Origin: Intoshia linei
Lineage: Eukaryota; Animalia; Orthonectida
Length of the DNA stretch: 37,848 bases
Reading direction: 5' to 3'
Assembly: GCA_001642005.1 (NCBI GenBank)
Contig: LWCA01000233.1
Span: 1 to 37,848 of the forward strand
The notes beneath the pieces were generated by a model. It ran no database searches. It worked only from the letters and a program-made list of their open reading frames with translations, and was not told where the DNA came from. Numbering within the stretch: position 1 is the stretch's first letter; every line of letters begins with the position of its first letter. Position numbers and translations under genes: made by a program. Positions 13,327 through 27,900 of this stretch are shown here, piece by piece.

Positions 13327-16300
13327 TCAATTAAGTTTAAAATTGGCATTTCCAATTGTTTGAGTTTTCATTTTATTATATTTCCATTTTACAACAATAT
13401 TGTAACAAATAAAGTCTACGATTTCCATTACAGTAATAGCACTTCCTCCTAATAATAATCCCATGTAACCTCCAATGTCACCTAAGTTGTAAGAATTAAT
13501 AAAACTATAAATTAACTCGCGGTCTGGCAACTTCGACAACTGGTAGACCTCGATAAATAGTTTTACTGTTTGTACCACGTACAAAATAGACAATCTGAAA
13601 AAAATTACTCCAAAAAGTAATCGTATCATAAGCCGGCATTTGTTCAACATATTGATACTTTAGTTCACCAAAGAAAATGTTCAAAATAACAAAATTATCA
13701 GAAATAAATGTAGCATCAATTTTATTGCTATCATGAAATTCTCCCAATATACTAGTCAATTTAATAGTCTTCCGATTAAGTAAAGCTATACTGCTTTTAA
13801 CATTATCTTCAATTTCATCCAAAAGTTGATATAAACTTTTTGAAAAATTGTCCAAATAATAATTGATGATTAATTTAGCCCTCGTTTCATAAAATTTTTT
13901 TATTCCAATATAATTTGGCCAGGAATTGATGGCACTGTTATTATTCAAATCGTATTGAACGTCATTATTGTAAAAAATTGCAACAGGTTTACGCCATAAA
14001 TTCATTAGTCTTGCATCATTATTAAATTTTTTATGCTCAAAATATTTTGACAATGTCATAACATTTTCAAATCCTTCAATATAAGATTTTTTTATTAAAC
14101 GAACTGAATTATATACGTCTCTACGTATTTTCGCGGTAACAAAATTGATAAAATTTCTTTCCAAATAACTTAAATGTGCTGAGAGAGATTCTATTTTCAC
14201 AGTGTTCATTTCCATGTGCAAACTTTTCATTGTATGGTTTAATACGGCGTAATCTAATTTTAATTTCTGGAACCACATGTTGTCTTGTTTTATCTAAAAT
14301 CATATTTTATAAATAAAAAATTAAAAAAAAAAAAAGTGGGATGTTCTGGGTAATACTTAATTACCCAGAACCAGTGGCGGCTCGTAGATAAAATAATTGG
14401 TGGAGCTGCAAAAAAAATAGATATTATTTTAAAAAATTTATTTATGCAATAGTATATAAATTTCATTCGATGGTTTTTTGATGTCACAATCTCTTCAGTG
14501 ACAGTGTCGTTAAAATTGTCCGCCACTGCCCAGAGCCTAACTTTCCCAGTTTGAAGACATAAAATTATAATTAATAAAATAATAATAAAAAATACAATTT
14601 AATGAAGTTTTAAAATCATCAAAATTATGATAAATTTCAATTTCAAAGTCTTATGCCTTGATGATCAAAATTTAGATTACCATTTTTCTAAAAAAAGAAG
14701 TCCTATAATTTAAAAAAACATAACATTTTATACAGTTATCTCCAGTTAACAAAAAAAATTTTTAATCTCTTAAAGTCATGCCTTCATGGTCAAAAAAATA
14801 ATTTGGTATTTGGTAGCTATTTTATTAAAACAAAAAATTTGAAATAATTAATGGTCCTAGAATTTAAAAAAAATATTATTCTTATACAGCTTATTCAGTT
14901 TAATATAGATCCAAAATTTCAACCTCAAAAATTTACAATTTCTGGGTCAGAAATAACTTTTAATAGATTATAATCTATTATTGGTTGATAATTATCAACC
15001 AATATTTTTCAAACGTTTGAAAATGTACAATTAAAAATTTAAATATTCATCCTACAAATTGCTAAAAAAATGAGCATTTAACGTCTACACATTTCCCATA
15101 AAAAAATGTGGGTGTAAATCGCATAAATTGATTCTTTCGGTTTTTTATCATTGCTACGCAATTTTGCATTTTCAGAAAGTTTAGAATCACTTAAATTTGT
15201 TAGTATTATCTTTGTATATTTAAAATTTGGTAAAATTGACCGAAATATGTTTTTAAAGTGCTGAGTCCGTTAATTATTATTGATAAAAAATATTTTTTAC
15301 TTATAGAAAGCAGATACTGAATATATACCATCACATTAAAAAAAAAAATATCGGTTTACTTACAATTCAGGATTGTACTGTTTTTACTATTATAGACTCA
15401 TTCTCTGCAATAAACTTAAAAAATGGCATCACGAAATTGTTGATAAAATTCTTTACGCAAAAAATTGACAAAATAAAATTAAAATGGATCATACACTTGA
15501 AATTAAAATGTAATGTGAAATGATCGGTCCATGGTGAAACACGTTTAAGAACCACTTCTTGAAATGGTTTATAATAATAAATAGTATCAATTTTATGTAA
15601 GATTTTATTTTTTGATAGAATTAAAAAAGTTCCTTGGCAGAGCTAGGTACAGTTGGTCCAAAGTACATAACGGTCAAGCTAGTATATTGTATATTATATA
15701 ATTAATTTAAAAATTTTTACACTTTCAATTTCAACTTCATATAGAAAATCATTCAAGACGTAAACATAATCGAGATCAATCGACTCATATTTGGTTTTAA
15801 AAGATTTTTTCCAAGTATAAATAGCATTAATAACTTTATAAAAATGATGCAAACATTGTCGAAATTGAGGAATATTTTGTTTGAAAATATTTTGTTTGTC
15901 AATCATTTCAAGATTAACAGTATTATTGTAAAGATTATTCTGATCAAAAAATACTAAAAACTCTCTAAGGATGTCAAAAACCACCAAATTAACACTTTGG
16001 CAGGTATTAAAAATGTCTTTGTTGGGATAAGTCCACTTTGGTAAGTATTGAAAAAAATTTGTATCATTATAAAATTCTCTAACATTATATTGCATCAATG
16101 TAATAGTTTCCATAAAATTAAAAGTGGATAATGTTAAATCATGTACATTTTTAACTAGAAAAACAACTTGAACATCATTAATACTCGTTAAATTTTTAGA
16201 GGCATTCAAAATAAAGGACATGAAACTAGTTAATCGACTAATAGTCAAATTAAAGGAAACTTCAAATGATGTTATCGTATAGCCAACAGTTTCACTATAA

Positions 16301-19300
16301 ATTTTATAAATGTCATCAAATTGTTTCATCATTTTAGCAAAAATATCTATTTTACAGTTGTTAACCAATTTTGACAAAACGACCAGTATTGATTTTATTT
16401 TTGATCCTTGAGAATCTTTCCATGTGTGTAGTTTCACATATTTTATTATAAAATTGTAACTTTCAGATATATTGTTGAAAATATGCATTATATGGTTTAA
16501 TGTATTGTATTCTATGCGATGTCGTATTTCTGATGCTTCAATTTGTTTGTTGTAAAGGTTTTTTTTACGTTTGTTTATGAATGCTTCAATGCTTAATTTT
16601 GAAAATTTTGAGTAGGATAAATCTACTTCATATGTTTCTCGGTTACATTCATTTTTACATGTACAGTTTAATGCCTTTTTTACTAAATTTTTTATAAAAT
16701 AATATTCAAATTTTATTATAATTCTCATTTTTATATAATAATATTATTAATAACTAATAAAAATTTCTAATACTTTTTAAATATTACTTTTTTTGTTGCA
16801 AATTATATATTCATCCACATTGCACAATCGAAATTTTCCTAAATTTTATAATTTCATTTTTTATTATATAGGATTTGCAGCGTCAAAATTCTATTCTAGA
16901 GACTCAATTAAATTTCATATTAGAATATTCAATAGTGGATCTTAAGTGTTAACTACGTGGTACATGCAATTATTTTTAAGCATTTTAAATTAGATAATAA
17001 CAATAAGATTTATAAACAAAGATAATTAAAAAGTACATACCAGGCATATAGACAAATGTACAATTACAAATACTGTAAACATAGTCAGTAGTGCATTCCA
17101 TAACACATTTAGAGTAAGAATAAGATGTATTTGGATACATGGATAAATTTTGTTCACCGCAACATCCATATGGTGGTCCCAAACTAGTCGACTAATAATA
17201 TGTTTTAAATTATATATTTAATGCAGTAGTTTCTGTCCAACATGAAAGTAAAGTAATCGGATATTTAGTGAATTCATAATAAAACGAACATTGCATGAAT
17301 TTAGACTGGATATATGAATATTATATATATATTCTTGAATATTAGACTCAATATTCACATTAAACAGCAACGACAAATTAAATCCTTACTTTTAAAGTAA
17401 TGTAAGATAAAATAATGAAAAAAAAATATTAAATTACAGTTAATTCCTCGTTAACGAAATGAGATTTTTTTTGGACAAATTATTCCGTTAACGAGGAATT
17501 TTTTTAGAAAAACATTCTCGTTAACGTTGTGTGTGTTAACTGGAGATAACTGTATGAACCGTAAATTCTTTTAAAATTCTAGGACTATTTTCATTTTTTA
17601 AAAAAAGGTAATTTGTGGTTTTGGTTCTGAAGATATATATTTTTGAAATTTCAATAATTTAAACTTATGAGAATGTTCATGATTTTAAAATCTGTATCAG
17701 ATTATACTTTTTTAAATTTTTCGACTCATTTGAAGATCAAAAAAAGGATAATTGGGGTTTTTGACTGACTTAAATTACTTAAATAAATTAAATTTTGCAG
17801 CACTAGCTGCTGTTTGTGCGAAGTAAATAACAGTCAAGCTAATTACTTTATATAAGTACATACAGATATACTTGTATAAATAATTATCAATTAAATATAC
17901 ATTATAATGTACATTGTATAAATCAGGGGTTTCCAAACTCATGTTGTCTACCGCCCTTTCAAAATGTTTCCACTACGTCGTATATATATTTAAAAATTTA
18001 TTCAATAAATTAACAATTTTTTTTAACTGATTATGTCAGAAGTCGATAAATAATATATTTATTACTGTTACTATTTATATCAGTGGATCCCAAACTTGCT
18101 ATAAAAATATAAAATATAAAATATAAAAATCAAAAAAATTTATTAACAACCAAAAAATTCATCAACGCTCCACTCTATCCATCTAAAATCGTTTTTCGAA
18201 TACACAGTGTAATTAATAATTAAAATATTATAATAAAACAATCAATGAACATTGACATGGAATTATATTTTAAATTTAATACCATATCAATTTTACTATA
18301 CTGAAATTTCTATTTATCTTTTTACAATTTTTTAAAATCGCCCCTAACTGAAATTTAATCGCACCCCTGAGGGCAATATCGCCCACTTTGGAAACCCCTG
18401 TTATAAATGGTCAATAATAATGTAATGTGCTTACATTGCTATATCTTATCGAAACCATTGAATGCTGTCCTGGAGAGACAGAAAAACCAAGTTGTTTTAC
18501 GTTAGGTAATCCTTTGCTATCATGCAAATGCAACTAAAAAAATATATAACGGATTTTGTTTGGATCATGTTGCAGACACAACAAGCCACTAAATGACTAC
18601 CAGCTAGTTAAAACTAATATAATATCTATCTAAAACGCCTCAAAGCAAATTTGTCGCCAATTACATTACCTTAAATCCAGCATCTGAATTAATTCCCCTG
18701 AAATGATCATATTGTTCAACATTCAGAATTAAATACAATCCATTTTCTGAACCTATTTATATATAGTTAATATACATAATATGTATTATATATAGGTGTA
18801 ATTTGCTAGATTTTAGTGGTATTGTCAAACTTGTTATATATTGGTGTGTCAAACATTTAAAATTTAAACCACAACTTTGTATGTGTATAATTAATAATTA
18901 TAAAATGTATTATATATATATAAACATATAATTGTGTTCAATAAAATTAGTGGGTGTAACTCTTTACACATCGAAACAAAGTTAAAATTAAATATTTATT
19001 TCGTATAACATTTAAACAATCAATGATGAAAAAATTAATAATTTTTAAATTATTTCTACATGATGTAAAAATTCAAAAATATTTCCATTCATTACCAAAA
19101 TATTTTTTCTTTCATAATTCTCAGTTACGGATGGAATGAGGTTGAATCTGACAACTTCACCAATAAGATTATTAATAATTATATTCGACGTCTTCATATT
19201 TTCGACCAATGTATTTTTTATTTTCACATATATAGTTATTGTAAATATTTGCCTTGCAAAATGTAGTATATTCATAGTACCATATTTATATAAATAAGAT

Positions 19301-21959
19301 ACAAACATCAATATGACTACTATGCTAAAATAAACGTCCATAAGATTTGTAATTATCATTATCATCATTGTATCATCATAGTATTTGTATTTCAAAAAGT
19401 ACGTCAACAATGATACAACCATTTGAAAATATTCATCAACTGTGACTTCAATAATATGTAATGTTCGGATTTCGTACAAATCTTCGTTAAACATTTTTAC
19501 ATATTCAGCCAAATTGATATTAAGAATTTTAAAATTATATAAACTCATATTTTACTACTTTGGTTATGATTAAGAATATTATAATAAGCATAATACTTGA
19601 TTGGTATTATAAATATATCCATTGTATTACAGGTTTTATATTAAATTTCGTTTTTGTTTAAAAATATATATTTGATTTGTATATATATGTACATTATACA
19701 ATGTACATAGTGTTTTCCCAACAACTAACTAAAATAAAATAAAATTTCACTGACTACTATTTCATGTCAAATTTCCAGAAATTTTATTATTTTATTTTTA
19801 TATTAATTCAAAATCATAATTTTAATAATCATCATAATAAACTTTCACATTTAAGATCATTTTTATTTTACGTATAAATTTCGAGTATACTAAATCCTAT
19901 TAGTATTAAAGATGATATCTCGTATGATTTTTTAATTGGAAAAAAACACAATTAATATCTTTATATATTCTACCATGATGAAACCACTGCAACGAATTGC
20001 AAGAAATAATTAGTTTTTTTTTACTTATTAGTCGTCTATTCCTTGCTTCGCTCATAGTTCGTCTGCATACCATATAAACCATTTTTTTAAATTTATCATA
20101 TTATTAAATATATATTATTTATACAGTCCGACCTTGCTTTGGGGCAAATCTCGGTGTGGGGCATACTCGTGTTTTGGGGTACTTTTTCAGTATTATGTTA
20201 ATTTTATAGTATTTATATCGAGGGCATAGCAATATATGTGAAATTAACCCCGCTTTTGGGGCAAAAATGTTTTAAATATAAAATATATAAATATAATTCA
20301 TATAGTGATGACATTAAATTAAAATTATATTTATTCAAATATTTTACATACATTTTCATATGTATTTATCATAATTTATTAATTTTTTATTCATGCCTAT
20401 ATTTTAATATCTGATAAACTATTAATTACTATTCTAGATTAGAAACAAACTATAATTCTAAAAATTATTACAAAAACATTTATAACTTTAATTTAAGATT
20501 TTTATTAGATTTTGATTATCAGGTATTACCTGAAAATATACCCTAAACAGTGTTTGAGTTTTAAAATAATATTATTATTACTTAAATACATACTTATAAC
20601 ACTTATTTATTATCAGTATTATAATATTCTTATCTACATAATATATTATTTATAGAACATAAAAATATGTTATATACTACAACAGAGGTTCCCAAACAAA
20701 GATAATCCCAACCCGTCGATCGCGATCTACCAGTCGATGTTCAAGTGCCCGAAAGTCCATCGTGGGATGATTTTTAGATAACTTTTCTCTAACATTGTGT
20801 AGTTTTTTTTCTAGTAATTCTCTCCCGCCGTATGAATCTAGTAATAGTTGCCAATTGTGATTTATGATTATGATCAAGTTAAGTTGTATGTGAAACTGAA
20901 TAATGAAGATATTCGCACAACCATAGTTTTTATTTTATCGGTGTTTTTGCGTTCTCGGTCTTCCCCGGCTAGTAGATCTTCAAAAATCAGAAAATGTCAA
21001 AGAAAATCTTAAATGAATAAAGGTTGGGTACCCCTGTACTACACCATCATATGCAGATCCATCTTAAGAAAAATGCCGGAGGCCCTTTAACATTTTGAGC
21101 GAAGCAATAAAAAAATTTTAGGGTCCCTTTTTAGAAGTCAGGGCATAATATTGGTTGGAGACTTAGACTCTTATTTCATTGAGTATTAATAAAATAAAAC
21201 CATTAAAATATATTATGTAGGTTTCTAGTAACTTTTATTTCTTTTACAAAAACTTAATTAATGAACAAAGTTTACTTTTAATAAATTAGGAGCCTCTTTT
21301 AAGATATAAATGTACAGTACTTTTATTAATTTAGAGGTATTTTTTAATAAGTGGCCCTGGGCTACATCCCATATTGCCCATGCCTTAAAACGGCTCTGAT
21401 CATACGTATTATCACATAATACTTAAAATCATATGTATTAATATAAAACATAATCAATACATAATAGTCACATATTGAATGTTTTATTTACTAATTTTGA
21501 TATTAATTGTAGCATAAATTTATCGGTTATGAAACACCTGACCCTGTGAAAATAAGTTTATTATTTTTTTAATTTTCTAAATCGTATTAACAGTGTATTT
21601 ACCAGTTTTATTTGTAATCAATACGTTGGTTTCATTTCCGTTAAAAGTATAACATAATCCCATATCAGTAATAGTTTTTTGAAACATTTTATCCGTGCAT
21701 GACAGTCCCTCCCATTCACATCTAATAAATTATAAACTATGCAACTGTATAACTACGTTTCATAAATGAAACTGTAAAATATCCAAAAAAGATCTATTAA
21801 AGTCTGTATTTTTCTACGAATTGGACTTTCTACGTATCAAATGTTGATAATCTCGCATCACATGAACAATATTTGTATATTACTATAAAGCTTACTTATA
21901 TATCATATCTTCATACTGATGAGAAGCCTGATGCACCAATTTAAAAAATGATTCATTTA
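13327..21959 (-). CDS. DEG/ENaC C-terminal portion: finger end, palm/beta-ball, thumb, expanded knuckle, TM2
   Basis: SHQYEDMIYKCEWEGLSC...GLCYTFN; GLYLILNVEQ; GFSVSPG; thumb C..EC...CNC..MPG..C..C..CTC..EC; TM2 DIGGYMGLLLGGSAITVMEIVDF. Confidence 0.93.
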
Positions 21960-24900
21960 CTAAATTGTAAATTCTAAAAATAATATTAATTAAATTTAAC
22001 CTGTTTTATCATAATAATATTGATTTGTTAATTTATCCAAAAATTTTTTTTCTCCCACATTAAATTTTGATTTTTTATCATACTTGTCTATCAAAAGTTC
22101 AATTTCATCACCTGTATTTATATTTGCAGTCTCCTTTCTTATAAATTGAACTTTATATTGAGGTACAGTTAGAAATTTATACAATTTTTTATCTTCTTTA
22201 ATGCTTTTGCCAACGAAAACTTTACCTGTAATTAATCTTACTATATTTCAATTAATAATAAAAATTGTAAAATTCACATTATACAAGATAAATTTTAATT
22301 AGAGTACTGAATGGTTGCATATTTCTAGGTTAGTGTCAAACTTCAACTATAATTACCATATACGGGTTCGCAAACGTTTTTGACCACGAATCGGTAATGT
22401 AAAATAAAATTTTCCCAAATGAATATACAAACCCTTAATATATAATTCCAAGAAATTACAAAAACAAAAAAATTATTTTTTCTTTTGTAAAATACATCAT
22501 TACAGAGTTGTCAGGGTTGTGGTTTTATCCCAAAGCCTAGGCGATCGCTAGATTATTATTTTAAAAATTAATAATAAGTAAATAAAATTCAATAATATTT
22601 AATAAAAAATACCATTTCAGCCCTTTAAGTATAAATCCCCTTCTTACGATTTTACCCCTGTTGCCCACCCCTGTTCTAAACATAAAAACTTTGTGAAACT
22701 CACAAGCGTCGTTGTATTCAGTTTACATTTTACAAATTAGTCATTAATATATTTTGAAAAAAATTTGTTGATGCCAGCAAAGTTACCAGCAATCTTTTTG
22801 TTGGTACCAGCAAAAACACCACCCTTTGATATTCCATAAGAACCAAGCTTTAAAGAAATAATAGAGCAGTAAATAAATTAAAAATAGGGTTTGCAGGAGT
22901 TACTGTAATGATGCAACATATATCTTATCGGACACGCTACATGACAATATTGAGTTTCAAGAAAAATTACCAATACAAGGATGATGTAAAGTTTCAATTG
23001 AATAAATTTGAAAAAATTCATTAAGATTATAATGAGTAACATTGATTCGTAATCTATAATATCCAATTGGCAAGTTCGTAGCAAAAATTAATTTATTTTG
23101 TGTTTTTGTGGATTCCAACAAAAATTTTTCAATTATAGACTCGCCTGTATCAATCAAAAACAAAATTCCGTCAATTGTTGCCGTATAGGTTAATTGAAGG
23201 CACTTTTTTAGTAATATGTTTACTAGTGGCGACGATATTGAGACAGTGTTAATAGATTTTTCGAAATTTTTTGTTATTAAGCATATACCTTTAAAATTTA
23301 AAATTATCTTTAATAAAATAATCTATAATAGATTCCCAAATTTTTCGTAATTATATCAAATTTTATATTTAATTCAAACTTAAAACTAGCTTGACTGGTT
23401 TTTACTCCGTACAAAGAGTAGCTAGCTCTGCCGAGGGCCAACTTTTTTAACTTTTCAGGTTGACTTTAGGAAGGTGATTAATATACAGTGATTCATATTA
23501 TTACCATCTAAATTTCTATTTGAATAACATTGATTTCTAAACCAATGCATTGGACCCATCCCATAATTCATGTAATCACATATATCAACATTATTGAAAT
23601 GACAATCAAAATTAGTCGACTGAGCTTCTAAAATAAAATGATACAATGCTAAAAATACATTTCATAGTAATTAAATGCATGCTTAATTATAATTCTAAAA
23701 TTGGGTAGACGACATACGAATTTATTACAGCTGTTAGTCCTATTCTTATATTAAATGGCTAAGTCGATACTCTAAAGCAGTTTACAATATATCATGAATT
23801 TTTTGGATATTAGTATTAAATTGAAAAATTGTAAGTCCATTTATATTTTATTTAAAATTGTCATCATTATCTACAAATATGTAACGGCACCAAGTTCTAT
23901 GAATTATCACGCCATCTATAGAACCGCAAACTGGTTACACTGTATCATTAAATATTACGTAAATCTTGACAATAACCATACGTAGCACTAGTTTCAGAAA
24001 TGGCAACCAATATTGAATTAAATCTATCCACCCTTGATGAAAAAATTACATTATATGCATTTCCATATATTTGAAAATAAAATTTATTCCAAATGAATAT
24101 ATCAATATTCATTAACATTAACACATTTAATGTGTTAATATATTCAACAATAAATCGAAATTGAACATTTTTTGATTGAATTAATATAAAAGAAAAGCAA
24201 ATTGGTGATTTTTTTTCAAAATATGGAGAAATTAAATAAGTTGTTTCAGGGTAGTTGATTATATCGATCAATTCCGATATCATTATTAAATCTAAATTTT
24301 AAAATTAATCAACTTTTATCAAAAAAAAAATATTGGATCTGTACCTGTATTTTTAGGATAAATAACATGATAGTAAATTAAAAATCCTGAACGAGTCACA
24401 TTGAAATCGGATGTAAATTTTAAGAGTACATTATGCTGTTTAGGTCGAACAATTATCGGGACATCTTTACCACATAAATAGTACAAAATTTGGGAATTGT
24501 TATTTGGTCCATCATAAATCTACTTATAAAAGATTTATATATATTTTTATCACTTTTAATGAATCATAGCAAAATTGTTTCTCATCTTTTATTCCTTCTT
24601 CAAGGTCAAATTCAAGGAATTTCAGTTCGATTATTGAACCGGAAACTTGTAGTATACGTAAATTACAATCCAAAAAATTTGTATAGTTATTTGGGAATCC
24701 ATACGACTAAATGTATTTTATTGTATAGTAGTACAATTATAATATTACATTAACTTGTTTTTTATGTAATCTATACATATTACGTCGTTATAGTTAAAAG
24801 TCAATTTATTACGTTTTTTATCAATTTTTTTTAATATTGCTTAATAAAATTGGTATTTTCACTTTAATGGTCCGCGATAAATTTTATAATATATTACCCG

Positions 24901-27900
24901 CAGCGCTGAAAAAAGTGAGGGAATCCCTGAATTATAGATACCTTAATTTTTCCTTCAGATTTAGTAAAAATTTCATCACAGTTTGCTTTCTGAACATTGT
25001 CTATTTTTTTGATATTATTATTTAGTTGATATTTTTGTTTTTTAAAAGTATCAAAATTAGATTGAAACATTGTTTTTGGTATAGTAACCCATTTCAAATG
25101 GATATTTGATGATCTTTGCGTATACCCACACATGCTTCCATCAAAGTTGCATGTTATTGAATCCTTGTCATTAGAATCTAAATGTTTCAAATTATTTAAA
25201 AATTGGTCCAATCAAGAGTCCAAAAATCTAGGAATTTTTTTTGAAACCGTTAAATCCTCTTCTTATATAAAATTAAATGTCTGTGTGCTACCGTTTATTT
25301 AAAACATTGACACTCGTAGAATTTTAACATCAATTTCTAATAGAGTTTTTCCCAGAGCATGTTTATATATATTTTTGAGTTTCTACATTTGAGTCCTTCA
25401 GATTCAAAAACCAAACTTTCCCTTTTGTTTAAAAAAAATTAGCCCAAAAATTTGATAAAACATACATTGTGTGATGCTTTTTAAAATTATTGACATTGTC
25501 GTAAATCTCAGCCTCAGAAACGCATACATTCATGATCAAAACCCTTTTTTTTAAATGAAACATGTTCTAAAATTTTATAAAACATAATTGTTGAATAGTT
25601 TTTAAAATCATAAGCATTATAATAAATAGTCATCTCAAAAAAGTGAAGTTTCATGACCAAAACCACAGATTTCCTTTTTTTAAAAAAAATGAAAATAATA
25701 TTAGAATTTAAAAAAATTACAGCTGATACAGTTATATTTAATGAACACACACAAAAAATTTATTTTCAAATTTAACCGTTGCATTATCAATTTGATAAAA
25801 CAACAGGTTAATAGGATTACAGATAAATTACAATGAATACATTCGTACAAGTTTATTTATTAATATTATTATGTAGAAACGTTTTAACAGAATCGAACCT
25901 ATTCTATCCGAAACCTATTTTATTGGCATTTGAGTAATGTCTACAATTGACTAAATATGTTTAAATATCTCGTATTCTACATTGAAATACGTATTGATTT
26001 TATTGACTAAAACTTGCCTTAAATATAATATAATATACACAATATGAGGCACTTTTTCTGAACCTTTTTTACTTAAGGGCGCATAACATAAAATTTAATA
26101 TAGTATTAAAATTTAGGCGACCTTATATTTTGATAAGAAAAAAACTCATATTCGAAAATGTTCAAAGATCAAAAATGATCAAAATATAAAATCGTAATAA
26201 ATTATTATACAAAATTACTTTTAATATAACTAAGTTAGTTAAACTAACTTAAATTTAGTAAGGAACATTTGATGTATTATGAAATGTTGATATTTTCGAT
26301 ATTCACCATATTATTTATATAAATATATTATATTAACATAAATTAATAGTAAATCCCAAATTTTGAACTAATAATCGTCAATGTAAAAGTTTGACACTAA
26401 TTTTTAAAATGGCGGTAGAATTTTTTATGACGCTGAGCACACGTTGTGGTAAAAAATTAGGAATCACTGCTGTCCTACAACCGTATTATAATTATAATAC
26501 AACTCTTGAATTGCAAATATTCAAATAATGTATACTCATCATTGCGTAACAAACACAAGTATCGATAATGCAGTCAACTTTAGCGCATTGAGAAATATAC
26601 TTCTCGCAAGTATCTAAAATAAGTACATGTAATTAAATAATTATTTACGGTGTTGTGCACTGAGATACGAGCTATTGTGCAACTAGATATGAACTAGTCT
26701 GCATTCACATACGGACAATTATTTTAAAAACAGTTTCGAGATAATTTAATTGTTAATGAAATGTTTTCAAAGTTTTCATTACATTGTGTATATTTTAATT
26801 TAGATGTTAATTATTTTAACCAACAAGAAGAACTATTGGAATACATTAGAAAATTAACAACAACAATCAAAAATTACGATGTATCAATGAACACGCACAT
26901 TCTTTCATTCCCAAGACCAAGGCAAGACAATCTTCTATCCAGAAAAATTAATTTTTTGTATATTTTTAATCGTTTTGGTCTTATTTATTTTTTAACGGCG
27001 TTGAAAGAAATTTATTTTTAATGAAATTAAAAATATACACAATGTAATAAAAACTTTAAAAACAAGTCATTACCAATTAAATTTAAGCAAAATTTTTTAA
27101 ATTAAGTTAACTAGAAAATGTATGTAAGAGAACTAGTCCGTATATAGTTGCACAATAGCTCATATCTCAGTGCACAAATCTGTACATAATAAATATGTAG
27201 TACACATACATATAATACATAATACAATACACGTAATATTATTAATATTAATAATATTTGTTTTCATTCATTTTGAACAGGTATTTTAATAAATTATGAT
27301 TTTAATATTGTCATGAAATTGTTGAAATTGTGCAATTAGTTGATTTTTGATTTTTAGGTACAATGATTTTATCATGACTATTTGTACTTAGTACACACTT
27401 TATAACTCATACAGTATAAGTACACAGAGCACTGTAACTATAACTTAAAATATAATATACATTTATTATGAAGGTCAATAGTATTAACACTGGGATAGGC
27501 TAACATACCTTTATCACATTGATTCATGTAATTACAAATTCCTGATTCCATTTCAACGGAATCAAAAGAAATATCACTGTGGTCCGGATTTTCAGTTGTT
27601 CCTTCATAAACAACGTGATATTCTCCCATTGGAAGGTCTATACACTTTAAGTTCCATGAATTTATGGTGGAATGGAAAATTTTGAAAAGAGATCGAGTAT
27701 AAATTCCAAAAATATTGCGTTGTGTATATAATGTTAATGATGATATTTTGTCATTTTTCAACAAATTAATGTACAATTGAAATCTTAACGTAGTCTTATC
27801 GGTGATATTGATCTTTGGGCTCATTATTATTGTACTATATCCAGATGTACAATATTTTGAGTTGACCATAAGAAACTTTCCTAGTATATTAATTAATTTA

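Noticed and set aside
14121-14303. 60-aa ORF overlapping the knuckle exon
   Set aside because: Alternative frame. The upstream phase-0 donor selects the IKQDNMWFQ frame.
15367-15555. Possible extra channel exon
   Set aside because: It lies in a repeat-derived intron region and is not needed, since 15721->14293 splices in frame.
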